DNA from: Octopus vulgaris
Taxonomy: Eukaryota
Length of the DNA stretch: 64,000 nucleotides
Reading direction: 5' to 3'
Assembly (NCBI GenBank): GCA_951406725.2
Contig: OX597820.1
Location: 65,410,001 to 65,474,000 of the forward strand
Shown here: positions 16,380 to 27,379 of the stretch, piece after piece
Position numbering within the stretch: the stretch's first letter is position 1
How the letters are laid out: every line of letters starts with the position of its first letter
Notes under the pieces: generated by a model
The model's database searches: none
The model's input: only the letters and a program-made list of their open reading frames with translations
Told to the model about the DNA's origin: nothing
Program-made: the position numbers and the translations under genes

Positions 16380-16430
16380 AGCTTCCTGAAGATTTCTCTT
16401 GAATGAAACAGTACTAGTCCTGTAGAAGCT
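16380..16430 (+). ncRNA. Type I hammerhead ribozyme motif
   Basis: AGCUUC-CUGAAGA-uUUC(UCUU)GAAu-GAAA-CAG(UACUAGUC)CUGUA-GAAGCU: 6-bp stem I, intact core, 4-bp stem III, GUA site at 16422-16424; non-canonical U.U at the base of stem II. Confidence 0.7.
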
Positions 16431-16513
16431 CCTTCTATATAATAAATTAATTTTACTCTGCTATGTATTGAGTACCTTACTTACTGTGGTTAACCCCGAA
16501 TCAACCCGGGACC

Positions 16514-16569
<56 letters not shown>

Positions 16570-17305
16570 AACAAGGAGTGTTAGTTTGTGGTCAAGATAC
16601 TATGAGGGGGTGAGAGAAGAGTAGGGGAGAGTCAGGTAGATATAAGAAAGTAAGTAATGAATATGTGTGAGGTGTGTAAGGTGGGGTTATATGTTAGAAT
16701 GGGTATTAAGGGATGGGTACTCAAAATGGGATGGAAGGTGGTTCTCTAAAGTGGGTTGTAAACAACAAATTGGAAGAGAAGAATACTAAGAATGGTCAAG
16801 TTTCTATAAATAGACTTATGTGTTTAATCTAGTGGCTAATGTGATAGTGTGGGTAGAGGAATCAGGGAGAAAGAAAGAAAGATGCGTATATCGATATACC
16901 CACGCAGACATGTACATATATGTGTGTGTATGCATTATTATATAGGCCTGCCTACTTGTGCATTTAAACCATTACGCATGCATGCGAACATACACATACA
17001 CACATACACACACATATATACACGTATATACATATACACACATACGCATGCATGCATACACACGCATATACGCATACACGTGCGCACATATACACGCATA
17101 CACGCACATACACACACATACACAAACATACACACACACACACGCATATATATATTTTATTTATTTATTTTATTTTATGTAGTTTCAGCTCACGAGCTGT
17201 GGCCATGCTGGGGCACCGCCATATATATATATACATATACATACACACTTACCTCCGCATACGTATGCATGTGAATTTGCGTGTGTGTATGCATATGCAT
17301 ACTCG

Positions 17306-17348
<43 letters not shown>

Positions 17349-17377
17349 CAGCACATATTCATGCGTATAAATATATA

Positions 17378-17700
17378 CTCTTTCACTCTTTTACTTGTTT
17401 CAGTCATCTGACTGCGGCCATGCTGGAGCACCGCCTTTAATCGAGCAACTCGATCCCGGGACTTATTCTTTTGTAAGCCCAGTACTTATTTTATCGGTCT
17501 CTTTTGCCGAACCGCTAAGTAACGGAGACATAAACACACCAGCATCGGTTGTCAAGCAATGCTAGGGGGACAAACACAGACACACAAACACACACACGCA
17601 TATATATACATATACATATATACGGCGGGCTTCTTTCAATTTCCGTCTACCAAATCCACTCACAAGGCTTTGGTCGGCCCGAGGCTATAGCAGAAGACAC
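17378..17700 (-). mobile_element. SINE family A, 5'-truncated
   Basis: Near-consensus reverse-strand match. Confidence 0.9.
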
Positions 17701-17964
17701 CGTGCATATATTAGCTTCTAAGTAAAGCATCTACCTAACCTTACTTGTTTTATTTCTATAAACAGTACTGTTTTGCTCTTAATATTTATAAACAGTACTT
17801 CAAATTTTAGGAATTATGAAGTATTTACTACACTTAATATATATACGTCCTATTCTCATCGAGTAAATTTGCTATCAATAGCACTATAATATCCTGAGGT
17901 ATCCTGAGGTATTTTATATCTTTATTTTTGAATTAAATATATTTATCTTTTCTGCATGTTTTTC

Positions 17965-18185
17965 CTTTCCCCATAGACAATTGTGTATATTCAGCAAAAA
18001 GAATTAACAAAAGTGATGAGGATTTGTTGGCTAGTTTGATATATTATTTTTGCATTGAAATCCAAAATGCATTGATGGGTATCTCTGAGTGTTTTATGGT
18101 AAGTTTGCGATCACTGGAAATAGTTGCTAATTGCTATTCTTCACGTAATTGAAGCCCAATATCAGATATGTTAAAAACTTGGACC
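17965..18185 (-). pseudogene. hAT (Buster/Charlie-like) transposase C-terminal dimerisation-domain remnant
   Basis: Minus translation LQLREE*QLATISSDRKLTIKHSEIPINAFWISMQK*YIKLANK; a hAT-like GGCACACTGG..TGCCGTGAG terminus lies on the same strand at ~18940-18995. Confidence 0.65.
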
Positions 18186-18463
18186 TAGCAGAATCTATAG
18201 CACGTTGGAGAAAACGCTTAGCAACATTCTATCTCTCTTCATTTCCCAATTTCGAATTCTGCCGAGGTTGACATGGCGTTTTGCCCATGTAGAACCAATA
18301 AAATAAATAGTAGTTGAGTACTGGAGTCGACGTAATCAACCTACACACTCAACCCGAAATTGCTAGCCTTGTGTTAAAATCTGTAGCGATTATTCTCAGT
18401 TTAAGCGACTTGATCTATTCCGGAAACAGTCATTCTCTTCTCAAACATATGGAGTAAAACTGT

Positions 18464-18755
18464 GGAGACACATGGCCTAGTGGTTAGAGCAGCGGACTCG
18501 CGGTCGAGGGACTGCGGGTTCGAATCTCAGACCGGGCAATGTGTGTGTTTATGAGCGAAACACCTAAGTTCCACACGGCTCCGGCAGAAGGCAATGGCGA
18601 ACTTCTGCTGACTCTTTCGCCAAAACTTTCTCTCGCTCTTTCCTCTTGCAGCTCACCTGCGACGGACCGGCGTCCCGTCCAGGAGGGGAACCTATACGCC
18701 AAGGAAACCTGGAAACCAGCCCTTATGAGCCAGGCATGGCTCGAGTAGGAACAAA
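18464..18755 (+). mobile_element. SINE family C: tRNA-Arg(TCG)-like head plus V-domain-like box
   Basis: TGGCCTAGTGGTTAG A box, GGACTCGCG loop, GGTTCGAATC B box, CTGCGACGGACCGGCGTCCCGTCCAG box; homologs at 30985-31150 (-) and 57573-57860 (+). Confidence 0.85.
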
Positions 18756-20229
18756 TAATGAACTAAAAATAAGACGACTTATAGGCGAGTTATACTTAGA
18801 TTAACTGTACACAAATTAACCGTTTGTATGTGGTCTAGTCTGAAATCTTGGACTCTGCTTTTCGATTTTAGACTCTTAAACTCTGCTTTTATTCTTCAAG
18901 TATAGCATGAAATTATTTCACGTCACACTAAATGAAATCTAACGGCACATCAGGTAAAATCTCACGGCATGCCAGTGTGCCGCTGAGAACTATTTGTGAA
19001 CGACTGTATCAGACAATGCTTCACTGAGATGGAGTAATTGTCTGGTACAATTCCAAGTGACTGGTACAATTCTCTGGTGCAATTACTGGAACTAACAAAC
19101 TCTTGCTGCACACCAGATAGAATCTTACGGCACGCCAGTAGGACAGGGAGCACTAGATGAGAACGACTGTTAGACAATGCTTTACTGTGCTGGAGTAACC
19201 GACATTAAAATTTCCTGGGTGGTCCGATGACCATCAGCATTAAGAATCATGCTCTCGTCTACTCGTATTTAAAATTTTGTTAGGTTTTGAATATCGGAGC
19301 GTTTAACTCTTCCTTTTTAAAAAGAATCTTCGTTAACGACAATGCTTTTTTTTTTCCTACTACAAATATCATTTCAATTAACTAGTAATTCTTAAAGGCT
19401 CACTCCAATAAAAATATGGTTTTGCTCTTAACTAGGTCTTTTTATTTCGTGTAAATATACTCCATGGAGGTTTTCCAAGCAAAATAATCCTTTAACTATT
19501 TGGCTGTGGTTAACACAAATACACTGAAATTTTAGATTTACATTCATTCGGATTTTGTCTTCCAGTTTTCTATAACATAAGTACAGTGGTCAATTCTCTG
19601 GTATGATAACTAGGTGCATACTTCCTCCACGCACGCTTATTTACTCCACGTAACTTTTCTAATCCCCTTCCCAGTGTGTCTCACTTTCCACGTGCTTCAC
19701 AAAGAACACTCACGAGTACTTCCTTTCCAGAAAAGTAACCGTTGGGAATCCGCTTCCCGCAACTCCTGTTCGGCACAAAAGTTCACTAACACATGTCCAT
19801 ACTCAAAATAAAGTCAAAGAACTATGTAATGAACTTTGCTCTATATTTAGGACGGAATGTGCTGAATTTCAGAAGATTGCACAATTTGGGAAAAGGATCT
19901 AATCGAAATTTGATATAAAGAGACAGGAAAATACAACAAAGTGAAGCCGCCAAGAAAAGAAAAGACGGTTGAAGAGACTGGACCAGAATGGAGAAGGTAT
20001 GTACCTAGGAAATTCTGTAACGCATGACACTCGTCGAAGGCAATGTGTTACGCAGTATAAAATTGGCGCACCGAACGGTGGGACAGAACCTCAGGCTACA
20101 TAGCTACGAAGCGAACCTCTTAACTATACAGTAATTCTACTGTCATATGTCCATGCACACTTGTATGTGTATACGTGTGTGTGTGAGTGTGTGTGTGCGT
20201 ATGTATGTATGCATGTATCTATGTATGTA

Positions 20230-20264
<35 letters not shown>

Positions 20265-21072
20265 ATGTATGTATGTGTGTGTGTGTATGTATATATGTAT
20301 GTATGTGTGTGTGTGTATGTATGTATGTATGCATAGTCCTGACCTTACTGCAATATATTTTATGCATAGCTTCTGTGCCTTTGCGCGTAAACGTGAGAAA
20401 AATCTGTTCTTTTTTATCCTGAATACATAACATGGAAGAGTGACAACTGTTTAAAATTACACACTTACACATAAATGTGTATACACACATGTACGTGCTT
20501 GTATACAGACACACACATACGCACACACACACACGCACACACACACATACACACGCACACACATACACACACACACACAAGCAGATCATACAGATATGTG
20601 CCCATTCATACATACATTTGTACGTACATTTATGCATACATACATACATACATACATACATACATACATACATACATACATACATTCATGCATACATACA
20701 TATATACATACATACATACATACATACATACATACATACATACATACATACCATTGTGGACAGATCGTATTTGCAATCTGCACGCTATTTTACTCGCTAT
20801 TCGCTAGAGGTGTCCCATTTATAATCCTCTACCACTCGATTTACGCGCTTTCGAACAAATTACGAAATTGAATCTGACTCTAATTACATAATTAGCTAAC
20901 TCGTAATGCACAATTAGCCTGAACCTAAATGAAAACTACCCTAACCTCCAAACAATTCTAGCTAACTTCATTACAATACTCAACCAAATTCTTTTGGTCC
21001 TTACGCTACTTACGTATTTACAGTTTTCTGCCATACCTACACTGTACAAATTATATATCTAGTTCAACACGG

Positions 21073-21149
21073 TCCTTGGTAGTATAGTGGTAAGTATCCC
21101 CGCCTGTCACGCGGTAGATCGGTGTTCGATTCCTCGCCGTCTCGGGGAG
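21073..21149 (+). tRNA. tRNA-Asp(GTC) pseudogene
   Basis: TCCTTGGTAGTATAGTGGTAAGTATCCCCGCCTGTCACGCGG... closely follows eukaryotic tRNA-Asp, anticodon at 21106-21108; the anticodon and T stems are mutated and the 3' acceptor strand has a small insertion. Confidence 0.8.
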
Positions 21150-21178
21150 ACGTTAACGCTGCCATTGTTTCGTTTTAT

Positions 21179-21354
21179 AGGCGTAGGAGTGGCTGTGTGG
21201 AAAGTAATTTGCTTACGAACCACATGGTTCCGGGTTCAGTCCCAATGTGTGGCACCACGGACAAGTATCTTCTGCTATAGCCTCGGGCCGACCGAAGCCT
21301 TGTGAGTGGATTTGGTAGACGGAAACAGAAAGAAGCTCGTCGTATATATATATG

Positions 21355-21392
<38 letters not shown>

Positions 21393-21635
21393 TATGTATG
21401 TATGTATGTGTGTGTATATGTTTGTGTGTCTGTGTTTGTCCCCGTCCCAACATCGCTTGACAACCGATGCTGGTGTGTCTACGTCCCCGTAACTTAGCGG
21501 TTCGGCAAAAGAGACCGATAGAATAAGTACTAGGTTTACAAAGAATAAGTCCTGGGGTCGATCTGCTCGACTAAAGGCGGTGCTCCAGCATGGCCATAGT
21601 CACATGACTGAACCAAGTAAAAGAGTAAAAGAGTA
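21179..21635 (+). mobile_element. SINE family A, full length
   Basis: Complete head, central microsatellite and GTAAAAGA tail. Confidence 0.92.
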
Positions 21636-23489
21636 TACAAACTCTATAGATCTATAGAGAAACTCGTCTTTTTCATTATAGCAGTAGTACAGTAGCTTAC
21701 ACGTTATACCTCATGTACGAAAACATCTCTGCTTGAGGCAACCTCCCTTTCATCGCACTTAATGCTCTGTAAAGCTTTCCTCTATTCTTACGTGACGCAT
21801 TAATTTCTCCTCTCTTACTTGCTGCGTATATGTGCCTGTATGTGTGTGCGCGCGCGCGCGTGTTTTGTTTATTTCTATGTAGGTATGTCAACACGCATAC
21901 ACGGTGGGGAGTTCTGTGCATGGATACCATTGCATATGTGGAACATTGCATATGCTATGCTTCGGGAAGGTTTTACGTATTTTGAGAATGCCTTTGATAG
22001 CTTGCAGCTGTAATATCTTGATTGGACGCATTGTTTTTGGTTATGTATGTATGTATGCATGTATGCATTTATGCATGCATGTGTGTATGTATATATGTAT
22101 GTTTGTATGTATGTAAGTGAACTGTTATGAGTCGCAAGTTTTCTAGATGTCACCACACTCTTCATCGGCATCAAGCGGGTCGTTTAAGTTTAACGACTCA
22201 TTTGCTGTCACGTCTCATTTACAATGCTCAATACTTTGCAGATGAGATCGTCCTTAATTCCCGTTTAACCTTCTTTGTGTAGAAGTCATCAACATTCAAC
22301 TTACACTATTCATATCAACTCTGCACCACCTAAATGAATAGAAACCTCGAAGACAATTTCTATTTAAACATATGAGAATCTCGTCTTTTCAACAATATGA
22401 AAATACAGTTACTATACATATAACGAGAAAAAAAAATGATGTCTCACCTTCTCTAACCCTAGAGAAAATGCAGTTATTACGAAGTATTTCTAAACACTAG
22501 ATTTAGTAATACTAATGGAACGTATTTGCTAAAGTTAAACTTCACACGTGTGACTAACTTACATAATATAACTACATCATAACGTTGCATCCTCCGAGCT
22601 ACACCTCGGTTTTACAACAAGAAAACCAAACTAAAGCTGACGTTCTCTAAATAAGCAAAAGTTGGTTTGACTGTAATTTATTGCTCAAATATTGGAAATG
22701 ATGCTGTTACTATGCGCAACATATCTGACAGAGAGCCAACCGAATGACTAACGAAGATTCTGATTCATCTACTTACTCCAACCTCTCGTTCACATTCGCC
22801 AGGTCCCGCCACCTTTTCAATTACGACTACAACAATATCTGCTCCTCAGATTTAACCCCTTTCATACCGCATTTACCCAGTTCCTTCTGCCTCTCGCGAC
22901 TCAATCTGTGTTCACCCCCCCCCCCCCACATACACACACACACACACAAAACTACCGGTTTTAGACTTGGAGGATCCTAGGTAACATAAAGCTAGGAGTT
23001 GAATGTTTATCAAATTAATCTAGGTGTCACCACGTTTTAAAACTTGTATGTCCTTTAATTATCTTGAGCCTTAAACTTAAGTTTTTTTAGCTGAGATCTA
23101 AATACAGCACTCTCTCTCAAGCTATGCACTTACCATTTTTCATTCCTCCTACCCCAGAGGCCAGTACTTTAGAATTTCTTAGTGTCTATATCGTTGTTGT
23201 TGTTTTTCTAGCTATCAGTCAACTCTGAACGAGCAAGCTCATGTTGAATGCGTTCCATCAGTGTCCATCCTATTACATTTTACATGTCAAAAATTGAATC
23301 TAACGATTTGTTTCCCTACAAGACACTAAAGTGCATTTGGGGGGATTTTGTTACCATTTCTAGTAGATCATGTGATCGTACAAAGTCTCTCTCGTCATCT
23401 TGACTTGTCAATTGCATAACTTTTACCAGTTAACCTACAAATATGAAAGCCACGGCATTTTTTCCAAGCCGAGATCATAAAACAAACGA

Positions 23490-23760
23490 CCAGACAGCGC
23501 CCATTTTGAGGGACGTCTTTCAGATGTAACGAGTATTGTCCTTGATTGCTGTTACTGTTGTTTTCGCTTTTAGCTAGAGAGAGTAGGGTAACACCTACGA
23601 CCCTTAATTCCCCGACACTTCTTCCTGACGAAACCATAACCAGACAGCGCCCTTATGAGGGAGGATTTTCAGATGTAGTGAGTATAGTTCTAGATTGCCT
23701 TTGCTGTTCTTTCGGCTTTTAGCTAGAAGACGAATGTTAACACCCTTAAATCCTTAACTT
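23490..23760. repeat. Diverged tandem duplication, ~150-bp period
   Basis: CCAGACAGCGCCC..GAGGGA..TTTCAGATGTA..GAGTAT..GATTGC..GCTTTTAGCTAGA occurs at 23490 and 23640. Confidence 0.85.
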
Positions 23761-24663
23761 TTCAAGGGTTTCTAAGACTGAATGACGGTTAAGTCCTCAA
23801 AGGAGAGACCTGTCCAAATGTTTCTAAGAGAGAATTACAGTATGTCATAGTGTTAAACTTAGTGACAGACTAGCTCATCTACACAAGAACACAGAGCGCA
23901 ATAAACTGGATCAAATATCAAAAGGCACCTCGCCCGATGCACAACAAATTCCAGCAATTCACCGTTCCGGACAGGTAATTGATATTATCCATTTCTAAAA
24001 CGTTAAATTTAATGAGAATTAAATACAGAAATGTATTTTGCAACATGCTCTAACAACTCAGCCCACTGTTGTTGTTGTTGTTTGTTGTGGTGAGGGTTCT
24101 TCTTCTTCTTCTTCTTCTTCTTCTTCTTCTTCTATTACAGCTACCACCATCACCACCACCACCACCACCACCACCACCACCTCCACCACCACCACTACTA
24201 CTACTAATACTAGTAGTAGTAGTAGTAGTAGTATCACCACCACCAGTATCACCACCACCAGCATCACCACCACCACCACTACCACTACTAAAACTACTAT
24301 TATTACTACCACCACCACCACCACCACTACTACTAATACTAATACTAATTGGTATTTACGCCCAAATCAAAGAGCCCGTCTTTTTAGAATTATATAAGTT
24401 TTACATTATCTAATGTGTCTGTTCCCTATTTAAAGAAGTAGCATGTGATTTGAAGGAATCTTAGCTGTTATTTCCAAGTATTCAACTGACCACAAAATAA
24501 AGGTTAACTCATTGGTGCATTGTGCTTCATATTTGTTGTACGAAGGATGCTTCATGCTCTTGTAGGCATCTATGTTGTTGTTTTTTAACAGGGGCAAAAG
24601 TTTTGACTAGGATCTTGTGCAGTATGATATCCAATAGCTAATTTAATGAAATAATATTTACGA

Positions 24664-25862
24664 TTGGGTTGACGAAAAAGAAACTCGATTTTTGTCGACA
24701 TTAAACTTCAAACGCTTTAATAAGTAGCTAACATCGGTCTGCCTCTTGCGATTACCTACTCGTCCGTTACTTGGCCCTTCGGTGCAGTTCGGAGTGAACT
24801 TGCGATATGACAGGTTGTCCTTTGCGTGCAAGGGATCTCCTGAAAATGAAGAACCTAAACGAACAATATCGACGCCATATGCTTGGCAGGAAACATGTAG
24901 GAAGAGACACGCTGTGTACGGTGAGGATGTTGTGAATGGCAGTAGTGGTTTTCTAGCTTTCGATCGGGAAATTTTTCCGTCCAAGATGCACCGTGCTCAG
25001 GCAATGGAGTTAGTTGACACTAATCCCCGATATACGACCGTGATAATCTCAGATATTCTCTAAATATCTTAACCAAGTATTGAAAGCCAATTTGGTTACG
25101 TCAGAAGGTTCGATGTTTGAGTCCCATGTCTGTTGAGTAACACCAATCTCGTCCAACATATTTCCTTCTGCCATTCGTTGTAGAAACGTGAGGAAAACAT
25201 TTTCTGAAGAGAATGATAGCAGGAGGTTTTTAATGGATAGATTTGAAGCACAAACCATCATAAGGAAGCGCAATAAACAATCTCCAAAGCGAAAATTCAT
25301 CCGAAGAAAGTTACGCTCCAAAGCAGGACATCACCCCAGGAAGCGATCGAAAGGGTGTTGTCTTTTACAAGCTTCTTCCCACAGACAGGACCATCAATTT
25401 GAATGTGCACTTTGACAAGCTGGATAAATACAATCCAGAGATCCAACAAGAGAATCTAGCATTTGCTAATTGTAAGAGGATTGTCTTTCATTCTGACAAT
25501 GCCAGACAGCACACTTGTTTGCAGGCGTGGCAGAAGCTACTGCCGCTTCGCTGCGAAGTTTTCCGTACTCGCCATATTCAGCAGACCTCACACTTTCAGA
25601 TCTCCACCTGTTCCGTTCTGTTCAATATTTGTTGAATGGACAAATCTTCAACTCTGCAGACGATGTAAAAATTCACTTGGAAGGGTTTTTCAGCAGTAAA
25701 GATAGAAAATACTTTGAGTTGAGAATAAAGGATCTGAGTATAAGATCGCAGAAGATACTGGAACGAAATGGTAATTATATCATTGATTGAATAATTCGCC
25801 TTGTGTTTAAAACATGTCTTGTTTTCGCTTTTAAAAACCGACTGGACTTTTGACCAACCACC
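24664..25862 (+). mobile_element. Old, heavily decayed near-full-length mariner
   Basis: TTGGGTTG TIR-like start; IVFHSDNARQH and PYSADLTLSDLHLFRSV..NGNYIID motifs in ORF-track pieces. Confidence 0.8.
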
Positions 25863-26808
25863 TGCATGCATAACTAAACATGCTTCAGAGGACCACAGGA
25901 AATCATTGTAACTAGTCCTTGATGTTACTCCAGTAATTGCTGTTTCACCTTCCTCAGCATCGATTAAACAGAACTACGGTCAAAATATTATATCCTAAAC
26001 CATTCTGATTGTTTTGTTTTTGTCTCTACACAATGCAAGATGTCTCCATTTTTAAGACAATGGAGCAAACGTTAGAAGCTATTTTACTTTTGAAGGCCAC
26101 ATGGAATTAAATGTAATCAAATAAATCAGCATTAAGGAAAAGTTCATTAACTATGCAGAAAAATACAATTAATTTTAATAGTAAAATTATGAATATTAAA
26201 GTATGAAATAGAAATGTAAACTGACCTTTTAATGACTCTGTTTAAATTGCTTTTGCAGGACAGCAATTGGATATTTGGTGTCAACGTAGTCGACCGAAGT
26301 TTTAAATGGTATTCCCCGTGCATATCACATATCTGTTATTAAGCATCTTAAAAGCATTTATATTTGGGTTAGGTAACCAAAGGTGGATTCATATCAATTG
26401 GAGAGTTTGAGAAACAAGAAAGCATTCGTCGTGCATATATTAGTATAAGGGTGCGTGTGTCCTATTGCCAATTCCTATATTTCAGTATTTGTATTGGAGA
26501 ACTGAAAATATTGTCTTCTGACATCTCAGTATTTATTTTCTATTTCAATTCTACCTGTTGCTCTTCGTTTAGATGTATGAGAGATACTACACAGGTGTGG
26601 TTGAAATGCTAATTTTAGCCTGAGGCATATTTCGGTTAGCATTTCGTTGTATTCTACAAAACGTGGGTATAGAGCAACAGTGTAATGTTCAGAAGATTCA
26701 AATATAAATTCAACAGGTTTCCCAATCGTCTCACTAAAATGAGTAAAACATCAGGGAAAACTTCCATTTAAGTAAAAAAAAATGTTTGAGAAAAAAAATC
26801 AAACTCTA

Positions 26809-26948
26809 TGAGGGAGCGCTGAAAAGTTCCTGGCTCTAAGGGTATCGTGAAAAGCCTAGTTGGAGGCCCAACTTTCCAAGTTCATTGACAGGGCTTAGAA
26901 AAGCTGAAGGACCGCAGCAATAATTTTGTGAGTCAGAGAGGGGAATAC
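26809..26948 (+). mobile_element. Mariner-derived internally deleted element, truncated by a SINE A
   Basis: TA-TGAGGG..GCTGAAAAGTTC TIR-like start; GLEKLKDRSN..V..RGEY resembles a mariner C-terminus. Confidence 0.55.
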
Positions 26949-26954
26949 TTGTAT

Positions 26955-27170
26955 ACTTTTTACTCTTTTACTTGTTTCAGTCATTTCACTGCGGCCTTGC
27001 TAGAGCACCGCCTTCTAGTCGAGCAAATCGACCTCAGGACATATTCTTTGTAAGCCTAGTATTTATTCTACCGGTCTCTTTTGCCGAACCGCTAAGTTAC
27101 GGGGACGTAAACACACCAGCATCAGTTGTCAAGTGATGTTAGGGGGACAAACACAGACACACAAACATAT
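26955..27170 (-). mobile_element. SINE family A, 3' half
   Basis: Near-consensus match. Confidence 0.9.
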
Positions 27171-27184
27171 ATATATATATATAT

Positions 27185-27216
<32 letters not shown>

Positions 27217-27247
27217 TATATATGTACGTATACATACATATTTATGT

Positions 27248-27293
<46 letters not shown>

Positions 27294-27331
27294 GTATACA
27301 TGTATGTATGTTGTATATGTATATATATATA

Positions 27332-27379
<48 letters not shown>

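Larger units (their letters stand above)
12926..16516. mobile_element. Non-autonomous Penelope-like element with ~227-bp inverted repeats, each carrying a hammerhead motif
   Basis: 12926-13152 is the reverse complement of 16221-16447 with no mismatch found by eye; flanked by (TA)n on both sides; ~70-nt tail on the right arm only. Confidence 0.75.

Noticed and set aside
18464-18540. tRNA-Arg gene (also tRNA-like heads at 37925 and 57573)
   Set aside because: No acceptor stem; continues into a multi-copy SINE body
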